Source: the human T2T-CHM13v2.0 reference genome, Homo sapiens | Assembly: GCF_009914755.1 (NCBI RefSeq) | Contig: NC_060925.1 | Strand: one strand, 5' to 3' | Length of the DNA stretch: 64,000 nucleotides | In this document: positions 1-10,887 of the stretch, in pieces | How the letters are laid out: each line of letters starts with the position of its first letter | How positions within the stretch are numbered: position 1 is the first letter of the stretch | Notes under the pieces: generated by a model | Database searches by the model: none | Told to the model about the DNA's origin: nothing | Seen by the model: only the letters and a program-made list of their open reading frames with translations | Translations under genes and position numbers: made by a program

Positions 1-533
1 CAAGACATTCAAAGAAGAATTGGTACCAATCCTTTTGACATTATTACACAAGATAGAGAAAGAAGGAACCTTCCCTAATTCATTCTATGAAGCCAATATC
101 ACCCTAATACCAAAACCAGGAAAGGACACAACCAGAAAAGAAAACTACAGACTGATAACCTTGATGAACATAGATGCTAAAATCCTTAACAAAATACTAG
201 CTAACCAAATCCAACAATATGTCAAAAAGATAATCCACCATGATCAAGTGGGTTTCATACCAGGGATGCAGGGATGGTTCAACATATGCAAGTTAATAAA
301 TGTGATTCACCACATAAATAGAATTAAAAACAAAAATTACATGACCATCTCAATAGATGCAGCAAAAGTATTCAACAAAATCCAGCAATGTTTTATGATT
401 AAAATCCTCAGCAAAACTGGCATAGAAGGGTCATGCCTTAATTTAATAAAAGCCTTCTATGACAAACCCACAGCCAACATAATATTGAATGGGGAAAAGT
501 TGAAAGCATTCCCTGAGAACGGGAACAAGATAA

Positions 534-656
<123 letters not shown>

Positions 657-2221
657 TGACGATATGATCATTTACCTTGAAAACCCTAAGGAATCCCCCA
701 GAAACCTCCTAGAACTGATAAAAGAATTCAGCAAAGTTTCTGGTTACAAGATTAATGTACACAAATCAGTACTTCTTCTATACACCAACAGTGACCAAGC
801 AGAGAATCAAATCAAGAACTCAATCCCTTTTACAATAGCCACAAAAATAAATAAATAAATAAAATACTTAGGAATATACCTAACAAAGAAGCTGAAAGAC
901 CTCTACAAAGAAAACTACAACACACTGCTGAAAGAAATCATAGATGACACAAACAAATGGAAACACATCCCATGCTCATGGATGGGTAGAATCAATATTG
1001 TGAAAATGATCATACTGCCAAAAGCAATCTACAAATTCACACAATCCCCATCAAAATCCACCATCATTCTTCACAGAGTTGGAAAAAACAATTCTAAAAA
1101 TCATATGGAACCAAAAAAGAGCCTGCATAGCCAAAGCAAAACTAAGCAAAAAGAATAAATCTGGAGGCATCACACTACCTGATTTCAAACTATACTATAA
1201 GGCCATAGTCACCAAAACAGTGTGGTACTGGTATAAAAATAGGCACCTAGACCAATGGAACAGAATAGAGAAACCAGAAATAAACCCAAATATTTACAGA
1301 CAACCAATCTTCAACAAAGCAAACAAAAATATAAAGTGGGGAAAGCACACCCTTTTCAACAAATGGTGCTGGGATAATTGGAAAGCCACGTGTAGGAGAA
1401 TGAAACTGAATCCTCATCTCTCACCTAATACAAAAATCAACTCAAGGTGGATAAAGGACTTAAACCTAAGACCTGAAACTATAAAAATTCTAGAAGATAA
1501 CATTAGAAAAACCCTTCTAGACATGGCCTTAGGCAAGGATTTCATGACCAAAAACCCAAAAGTAATTGCAATAAAAACAAAGATAAATAGCTGGGACCTA
1601 ATTAAACTGAAGAGCTTTTGCATGGCAAAAGGAACAGTTAGCAGAGTAAACAGACAATCCACAGAGTGGGAGAAAATCTTCATAATCTATACATCTGACA
1701 AAGGACTAATATCCAGAATCTACAACAAACTCAAATAAGTAAGAAAAAAACCAATTAATCCAATCAAAAATGGGCTAAAGACATGAATAGACAATTCTCA
1801 AAAGAAGATATACAAATGGCCAACAAACATGGAAAAATGCTCAAAAATCACTAATGATCAGGAAAACGCAAATCAAAACCACAATGTGATACCACCTTAC
1901 TCCTGTAAGAATGGCCATAATAAAACAATCAAAAAACAGTAGATGCTGGCGTGGATGCAGTGATCAGGGAACACTTCTACACTGCTGGTGGGAATATAAA
2001 CTGGTATAGCCACTGTGGAAAACAGTGTGGAGATTTCTTAAAGAACTAAAAGTAGAACTACCATCTAATCCAGCAATCTCAGTACTGGGTATCTAACCAG
2101 AGGAAAAGAAGTCATTATTCAAAAAAAGATACTGGCACATGCATGTTTATAGCAGCACAATTCCCAATAGCAAAATAGTGGAACCAACCCAAATGCCCAT
2201 CAATCAACAAGCAGAGAAACT

Positions 2222-2686
2222 GTGGTGTATATATATATACTCTATATGTATATAGTATACACACACACACACACACACATGCCCCATTTATATCATATAT
2301 ATGTATATATGATGGAAAACGTGTATATATATATATATGAGAAACTCTGGTGTGTGTGTGTATATATATATACACCATATATATCTCATATATATGGTAT
2401 ATATATATACACCATATATATCTCATATATATGGTATATATATACACCATATATATCTCATATATATGGTATATATATACACCATATATATCTCATATAT
2501 ATGGTATATATATATACACCATATATATCTCATATATGTGTATATATATATATACCATATATATCTCATATATATGGTATATATATATATATACCATATA
2601 TATCTCATATATATGGTATATATATATATACCATATATATCTCACATATATATATACCATATATATCTCATATATATGGTATATAC
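2222..2686. repeat. AT-rich micro/minisatellite: (TA)n/(CA)n followed by ~9 copies of a ~35-39 bp unit ACCATATATATCTCATATATATGGT(AT)n
   Basis: Read directly. CTCA cores at ~2385, 2422, 2457, 2492, 2529, 2565, 2604, 2641 and 2667. Expanded at the TGTGGTATATA site of the L1PB. Confidence 0.95.
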
Positions 2687-2867
2687 AATGAAATACTACT
2701 CAGTCATAAAAAGGAATGAATTAACAGTATTTTCAATGACCTGGATGCGATTAGAGACTATTCTTCTAAGTGAAGTAACTCAGGAATGGAAAACCAAACA
2801 TTGTATTTTCTCTCTGACATGTGGGAGCTAAGCTATGAGGACGCAAAGGCATAAGAATGATACAGTA

Positions 2868-3254
<387 letters not shown>

Positions 3255-3399
3255 TCACCACTAAAGAACTTACTCATGTAACCAGATACCACCTGTATCC
3301 CAATAACTTATGGAAACAAACAAACAAACAAAAAACCTCCCCAGCATTCTAAAAAAAATAAAATAAAGATGATCTTCCTTCCCCCACCCAAAAAAAGTT

Positions 3400-4321
3400 A
3401 TTAATGATTTCTTAACCACCATGATTTAAGATTTTATGTTTTGCTGTACCTCTGCTGCCTTTGGTGCAAGCTGTTGAATTTCTTTACTATTTTGGCTTCC
3501 ATGGAGCCACTGTCCTAGCTCTATAACACTTCTTTAGGTCTCTTGTATATAGACATGTCTCTCTCCTCTTGCCTCTTATATTTTGGTATTCCTCATGGTT
3601 ATGCCATTCTTTCTTCTCATTCCACTTATTCCTTCTGGATCAGTGCATCCACTTTTATGGTTTAAATTGTCCCCACCTTGCTGCTGATGACTTCCAAATC
3701 TCAAATCTTTTGCCTGATGTTCGGATCCTTCTGTTAAACGATTTGCTAAAAATCTGCACCGGACTGCCACTCAGCCCCTTCAACCTAATGTGGCTAGGCT
3801 GAACTCATCATCTTCCCTTCAAAACTTCCACCACCCTGTATTCTCCAGCTATGTTTGTGGCCCCACCATCTACTAATCTGTGTAAGACACTTGAGGGCTA
3901 CCCTGAACATTTCCTTTTATTCCCCTCTCCTCATTCAATGTACTACCAAAGGTAGTTTTGCCCCCCATGGAGCTCTCAGTTTTGTTCCTGCCACTTCATT
4001 CCCACAGCCACTCCTCCGGTTCAGGCTCCCATCACCTCCCTCCTAACCACAATGATGCTCTTTACCTTCTCCAACTCATTCTCCATACAGCCAGCAGAAA
4101 GTTACATCTTCACAATCAAGTTTGACTATGATATACCCTTGATTGAATTCTGTCCATGGCTTCTCAGTTATTATATATAGAGTGAAGTGAAGTGAACTTG
4201 CATTAATATGGCATACAAATTTTTTTATGAGCAACCTCTGCTTGCTTTCCCAGGTTTATTTCCTGGCATCTTGCCTCACAACTTATTCTTTAGCAACCAG
4301 AAGTTTCTTTTGCTCCCTATG
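3400..4321 (+). mobile_element. Old LINE-2 remnant; its 3' end resumes after the HERV-L at ~10820-11040
   Basis: L2-like motifs (TGCTGATGACTTCCAAATCT, CTGAACTCATCATCTTCCC, CATTCTCCATACAGCCAGCAGA). L2 3' terminus ATATTTGTTGAATGAATAAATGGATGAA at ~11010-11038. Confidence 0.6.
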
Positions 4322-5033
4322 TGTGATGGTTAATACTGAGTGTCAACTTGATTGGATTGAAGGATGCAAAGTATTGACCCTGGGTGTGTCTGTGAGGGTG
4401 TTGCCAAAGGAGATTAACAGTTGAGCCAGTGGGCTGGGGAAAGCAGACCCACCCTTAATCTGGTGGGCACAATCTAATCAGCTGCCAATGAATATAAAGC
4501 AGTCAAAAAAATGTGAAGAGGAGAGACTGGCTTAGCCCCCCAGCCTACATCTTTCTCCCATGCTGGATGCTTCCTGCCCTCAAATATCTGACTGCAAATT
4601 CTTTAGTTTTGAGACTCAGATTGGCTCTCTTTGCTCCTCAAGCTTGCAGAGATCCTATTGTGGGATCTTGTGATTGTGTAAGTTAATACTTAATAAACAA
4701 TAAACTATGCTTTATATGTATGTGTGTGCATATATATATATCTACATATATAGGTATATGTATATATATATCTCTCTACATATGTATGTGTATATATGTA
4801 GATATATATACACATATATATGTAGAGAGATATATATACACACACATACATATAAAGGTTAGTTTATATATACCTACATATATGTAGATATATATAAACT
4901 ATATACATATAAAGGGTAGATATATATATATCTACATATTTATACATATATATGTATGTATATATACACACACACACACATATATATATATCTCCTATTA
5001 GTTCTGTCCCTCTAGGGAACCCTGACTAATATA
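4322..5033 (+). promoter_or_regulatory. 5' LTR (MLT2A2-like) with DUX4-like motifs, AATAAA and an expanded (TA)n tract
   Basis: TGATTGGATTG at 4349-4359, CAATCTAATCA at 4470-4480, AATAAA at 4692 and 4699, TA-rich tract ~4712-4991. Confidence 0.9.
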
Positions 5034-5038
5034 GATTT

Positions 5039-5056
5039 TGGTACCAGGAGTGGTTC
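5039..5056 (+). other. Primer-binding site complementary to the tRNA-Leu 3' end
   Basis: TGGTACCAGGAGTGG lies 5 bp after the 5' LTR and is complementary to ...CCACUCCUGGUACCA. Confidence 0.85.
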
Positions 5057-5096
5057 TAGAGGAACAGAATATTAACAATGGGGTTCTTTTGTTGAT

Positions 5097-6818
5097 TTGG
5101 GAGTTTCTGGAGCGGATTGCTTAATATGATTAGACCCCAAAATGCTAAGGATTCTACTTTTAATAGTATGGAGAACATTGATAGTCCTTGGCATAAACTG
5201 TGAGAGATATGCAAAATAAATGCATTTGACACTCTTGATTCACTGCTCATGAGAGGCAAGGAGTTTAGCTATTCTATACATAATACCTTTGACCATATGT
5301 GGAGAATCAAGGAACATAATGAAGCTGGTTGGTTGCTCCTAAGTTCAGTGGACAAAGTGATGAAAGAAAATGATGAACTCAGGGATTCTTTCTCCAAGCT
5401 TCAGAAGCAGATACTGAGCCTCAAATCTGCTAAGATTGCCCTGAGTGAGAGTCTTATCTCCTGTAGAGAAAGAGCTGAAATTGTTGAAAAGCAGACACAA
5501 GCTCTTATCATGTGAGTGGCTGATCTATAATGAAAGGTGCATGCACAGCCTCTCCAGATGTCTACTGTTAAAGTGAGGGCATTGATCGGAAAAAAATGGG
5601 ACCCTGCAACTTAGAATGGGGATGTGTGGGAGGGCCCTGATGAAGCTGGGGACACTGAGTTTTTAAACTCTGATGAAACTTTTTTGCCACAAAGAACAGC
5701 TTCCCCATCCTCAGTAGTGGCAACACCCTCTCCCTGATCCATGCTGCCATTAGCCTTTCTACCTTTGTCTGAGGAGATAAACCCAGCGCTGCTTGAGACA
5801 ACAGTGATAGCCTCACCTGAGGCAGTTGCCAGGCAAAATAATGTTGATTCTCCTCAGGAGCCACCCCCAACACCCCTGTTTGCTTCTAGACCTATAACTA
5901 GACTAAAGTCCTGGTGGGCATCTAGAAGTGAGGTTGATAGTGTGATTCATGAGGAAGTGCACTACACTGGAAAAGAAGTGCTTGAGTTCTCTAATTTACA
6001 TAAACAGAAATCTGGAGAACATGCATGGGAATGGATATTAAGGGTATGGGATAATGGGGGAAAGAACATATAGTTGGATCAGGGTGAATTTATTGATTTG
6101 GGCCCACTAAGTAGGAACTCTGCATTTAATGTTGCAGTTAGGGGAATTAAAAAAGTTCTAATAATTTATTTGGTTGGTTAGCTGAAATATGGATTAAAAA
6201 ATGGCCCACTGTGAGCAAGCTGGAAATACCTGATCTCCCTTAGTTTAATGTAGAGGAAGGTATCTGAAGGCTTAGGGAGATTGGGATGGTGGAGTAGATT
6301 AGTCACTTTAAAACTACTCATTCCAGCTGGGAGGATCCAGAATATATACTCTTGACCAATGCCTTGTGAAGTGGATTTTTGAGGGCAGCACCTGCATCTT
6401 TGAAGAGCCCTATAATTGCTCTTCTCTGTATGTCAGATCTAATGGTGGGAACAGCAGTCACTCAACTACAAAATGTACGTACAATGGGAATAATTGGATC
6501 CTGAGGTGGCATGGGCCAAGTGGCAGCACTCAACTGTCAAAGGTAAGGTGGGCATAGCTATGTAATGGACAACAGAGGCAAAGTGGAAATCAGAATAGTA
6601 TGACTCATGTAGAGCTCTGGCATTGGTTAATTAGTCACAGGGTTCCTAGAAGTGAAATTGATAGGAAGCATACTGCATTCCTACTTAAATTATACAAACA
6701 GAAAAATTCTAGGTCAAATAGACAGAAGACTAATTTGAATTATAAAAACAGAGAATCACAGCCCCTCAATCAATTTCCAGACTTGAGTCAGTTAACAGAC
6801 CCAGAACCCCTTGAATGA
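5097..6818 (+). pseudogene. gag: HERV-L gag remnant (multiple stops and frameshifts)
   Basis: ORFs 5249-5515, 5741-6073 (KQKSGEHAWEWILRVWDNGG) and 6600-6818 (ELWHWLISHRVPRSEID) are ERVL Gag-like. Confidence 0.85.
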
Positions 6819-6849
6819 AGGGGAGACCAGGTCCCCTTGAGGAAGGACC

Positions 6850-9780
6850 CCACTACATTACTGACAATTTATGCAGTGAATCTTTCTCCCGTCCTTCCCC
6901 GAGGAGACCTCCAGCCTTGTACCCGGGTAACTGCATTGGGGAAAAGGAAATGATCAGACATTTCAGGAACTACTGGACACTGGCTCTCTGAGCTGACATT
7001 GATTCCAGGGGACCCAAAACGTCATTGTGGTCCTCCAGTTAAAGTAGGGGCTTATAGAGGTCAGGTAATTAGTGGAGTTTTAGCTCAGATCTGACTTACA
7101 GTGGGTCCCCAGACTCATCCTGTGGTCCTTTTCCCAGTGCCAGAATGCATAATTGGCATAGACATACTTAGCAGCTGGCAGAACCCTCACATTGGCTCCC
7201 TGACTGGTAGGGTGAGTGCTATTATGGTGGAAAAGGCCAAACAGAAGCCATTAGAGCTTACTCTACCTAGAAAAACAGTAAATCAAAAACAATATTGCAT
7301 CCCTGGAGGGATTGCAGAGATTAGTGCCACCATCAAGGACAGGGGTAATGATTCCCACCACACCCCAGTTCAACTCTTCCACTTGGGCTGTGCAGAAGAC
7401 AGATGGATCTTGGGGAATGACAGTGAATTATCATAAGCTTAACAAGGGGTAACTCCAATTGCAGCTGCTGTACAAAATGTGGTTTCATTGCTGAGCAAAT
7501 TAACATGTCTCCTGGTACTTGCTATGCAACCATTGACTTGGCAAATGCCTTTTTCTCCATTTCTGTTTATAAGGCCCACAGAAGCAATTTGCCTTCAGCT
7601 GGCAAGGCCAGCAATATACCTTTACAGGCCTACCTCAGGGATATATCAACTCTCTGTCTTTGTGTCATAATCTTATTCCGAGAGACCCTGATCTCTTTGC
7701 TTCTGCAAAATATCACACTGGTCCATTACATTGATGACATTATGCTGATTGGATCCAGTGAGCAAGAATTAGCATACACACTGGACTTACTGGTGAGACG
7801 TTTGTGTGCCAAAGGATGGGAAATAAATCTGACTGAAATTCAGGAAGCTTCTACCTCAGTAAAATTTCTACGGGTCCAGTGGTGTGGGGCCTGTCAAGAT
7901 ATTCCTTCTAAGATGAAGGATAAGTTACTGCATTTGTTCCCTCCTACAACCAAGAAAAAGGCATCCCTATTTGGATTTCGAAGGCAGTGCATTCCTCATT
8001 TGGGTGTGTTACTCCGGCGCATTTGTCGAGTGACCTGAAAGGCTGCCAGTTTAGAGTGTGGTCCAGAACAAGAGAAGGCTCTGCAACAGGCGCAGGCTGC
8101 TGTGCAAGCTGCTGTGCCACTTGAGCGATATGACCCAGCAGATCCAATGGTTCTTGAGGTATCAGTGGCAGATAGGGATGCTGTTTGGAGCCTTTGGTAG
8201 ACTCCCATAGGTGATTCACGGTGGAGGCCTCTAGGATTTTGGAGCAAGGCCCTGTCATCTGTAGATAACTACTCTCCTTTTGAGAGACAGCTCTTGGCCT
8301 GTTACTGGGCTTTGGTGGAAACTGAAAGTCACCATGTGACCTGAACAGCCTATCATGAACTGGGTGCTTTCTGACCCGTCTAGCCGTAAAGTGGGTCATG
8401 TACAGTAGCATTCCATCATCAAATGGAAGTGGTATATATGTGATCGCGTTCAAGCAGGTCCTGAAGGCACAAGTCAGTTACATGAGGAAGTGGCTCAAAT
8501 GCCCATGGTCTTCATTCCTGCCACCCTGCCTTCTCTTTCCCAGCCTGCACTCATGGGGAGTTCCCTAGGATCAGTTGACACAGGAAGAGAAGATTAGGAC
8601 CTGGTTCACAGATGGATCTGCACGATATGCAGGCACCACCTGAAAGTGGACAGCTGCAGCACTACAAACCCTTTCTAGGACATCCCTGAAGGACAGCAAT
8701 GAAGGGAAATCTTCCCAGTGGACAGAACTTCGAGCAGTGCACCTCGTTGTGCACTTTGCATGGAAGGAGAAATGGCCAGATGTGTGATTATATACTGAAT
8801 CATGGGCTGTAGCCAATGGTTTGGCTGGATGTTCAGGGACTTGGAAGAAGCATGATTGGAAAATTGGTGACAAAGAAATGTGGGGAAGAGGTATATGGAT
8901 GGACCTCTCTGAGTGGTCAAAAACTGTGAAGATATTTTTATACCCTGTGAGTGCTCACCAATGGGTGACCTCAGCAGAGGAGGATTTTAATAATGAAGTG
9001 GATAGGATGACCTGTTTTGCAGTCACCACTCAGCCTCTTTCCCCAGCCGCCCCTGTCATGGCCCAATGGGCCCGTGAACAAAGTGGCCATGGTGACAGGG
9101 ATGGAGGTTACACATGGACTTAGCAACATGGACTTCTACTCACCAAGGCTGACCTGGCTATGGCCACTGCTGAGTGCCCAATTTGCCAGCAGCGGAGACC
9201 AACACTGAGCCCTCCATATGGCACCGTTCCTTGGGGTGATCAGCCAGCTACCTGGTGGCAAGTTGATTATATTGGATATCTTCCATCATGGAAAGGGCAG
9301 AGTTTTGTTCTCACTGGAATAGACACTTACTCCGGATATGGGTTTGCCTATCCTGCACATAATGCTATTGCCAAGACTACCATCTGTGAACTCACAAAAT
9401 GCCTTATCCACCGTCATGGTATTTCACACAACATTGCCTCTGACTAAGGCACTCACTTTACGGCTAAAGCAGTGTGGCAGTGGGCTCATGCTCATGGAAT
9501 TCACTGGGTCTTAACCATGTTCCCTGTCATCCTGAAGCAGTTGGATTGATAGAATGGTGGAATGGCTTTTTGAAGTCACAATTACAATGCCAACTAGGTG
9601 ACAATACTTTGCCAGCCTGGGACAAAGTTCTCCAGAAAGCTGTGCATGCTCTGAATCAGCATCCAATATATGGTACTCTTTCTCCCATAGCCAGGATTCA
9701 CAGGTCCAGGAATCAAGGGGTGGAAGTGGCACCACTCACCGTCACCCCTAGTGATCCATTAGCAAAATTTTTGCTTCCTG
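6850..9780 (+). pseudogene. pol: HERV-L pro-pol remnant (protease, RT, RNase H, integrase)
   Basis: LLDTGS at ~6970; IDLANAFFS and VHYIDDIML in ORF 7505-8038; FTDGSA at ~8605; integrase CPIC...WQVDYIG...IASD in ORF 9160-9447; IEWWNGFLK in ORF 9474-10232. Confidence 0.9.
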
Positions 9781-9789
9781 TTCCCATGA

Positions 9790-10130
9790 CATTACGTTCT
9801 GCTGGCCTAGAGGTCTTAGTTCCAGAGGAAGGAACCCTGCCACCAGGAGACATGACAATGATTCCATTAAACTGGAAGTTAAGGTTGCCAACTGGACACT
9901 TTGGGCTCCTGCTACTTTTAAGTCAACAAGCTAAGAAGGGAGTTACAGTGTTGGCTGGGGTGATTGACCCAGACTATCAAGATGAAATCAGTCTACTACT
10001 CCATAACAGAGGTAAGGAAGAGTATGCATGGAATACAGGAGATCCATTAGCACATCTCTTAGTATTACCGTGCCCTGTGATTAAGGTCAGTGGGATACTA
10101 CAACAGCCCAATCCAGGCAGAACTATAAAT
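9790..10130 (+). pseudogene. ERVL dUTPase domain downstream of integrase
   Basis: RSAGLEV...IPLNWKLRLPTGHFGLL...GVTVLAGVIDPDYQDEI in ORF 9474-10232 (dUTPase motifs 1-3). A dUTPase after IN is typical of ERV-L. Confidence 0.85.
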
Positions 10131-10606
10131 GGTCTAGACCCCTCAGGAATGAAGGTTTGGGTCACTCCACCAGGAAAAAACCATGACTTGCTGAGGTGCT
10201 TGCTGAAGGCAAAGGGAATTCAGAATGGGTAGTAGAAGAAGGTAGTCATCAATACCAGCTATGACCACGTGAAGAGCTGCAGACACGAGGACTGTAACTG
10301 TCATGAGTATTTCCTCCTTCTTTTGTTAAAAACAAAAGTGCATGTATACACTTGTACTAAGAAAATATCTTCATTCTATTTCCTCTTCCTTTATCATGTG
10401 ACATAAGATTTATTGACTTAATATCAGCGTTTAAGTATTGTTAACTTTATGTAATAGTATTTGGGTTGGGGATTGGTGCATTTCAGGTTGTACATAGGAT
10501 AGTTTTATTATGTTAGGCATAATTATGACCTTCTTATTGTCTTTATTTGAAGATTATGTATGATCTCAGGAGATGTGTATGGGTTCAAGTTGACAAGGGG
10601 TGAACT

Positions 10607-10816
10607 TGTGATGGTTAATACAGAGTGTCAACTTGATTGGATTGAAGGATGCAAAGTATTGACCCTGGGTGTTTCTGTGAGGGTGTTGCCAAAGGAGATT
10701 AACATTTGAGTCAGTGGGGTGGGGAAGGCAGACCCATCCTTAATCTGGTATATATATATATCTGATATATATATATCCTATTAGTCCTGTCCCTCTAGGG
10801 AACCCTGACTAATATG
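10607..10816 (+). mobile_element. 3' MLT2A LTR, internally deleted (~210 bp)
   Basis: Matches the 5' LTR up to TAATCTGGT (7 mismatches in ~143 bp), then jumps to the (TA)n tract and LTR end. Confidence 0.9.
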
Positions 10817-10847
10817 CCATGAATAACGTATTATTTCACAAAACATG

Positions 10848-10848
<1 letters not shown>

Positions 10849-10886
<38 letters not shown>
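10849..10886. repeat. (CA)n microsatellite
   Basis: About 19 uninterrupted AC units. Confidence 0.95.

Positions 10887-10887
<1 letters not shown>

Larger units (their letters stand above)
4322..10816 (+). mobile_element. HERV-L provirus with two MLT2A (MLT2A2-like) LTRs; gag-pro-pol-dUTPase, no env; defective
   Basis: Both LTRs start TGTGATGGTTAATAC and end CCCTGACTAATA(TA/TG). 5-bp TSD CTATG (4317-4321) / CCATG (10817-10821). PBS and ERVL-type coding remnants lie between the LTRs. Confidence 0.95.

Noticed and set aside
2371-2686. CRISPR-like array of palindromic repeats
   Set aside because: The spacers are only variable (AT)n, not unique sequences. The context is a primate L1 with no cas genes.
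2115-2831. Several 110-165 aa Y/I/H-rich ORFs
   Set aside because: Artefacts of a stop-poor (TA)n minisatellite.
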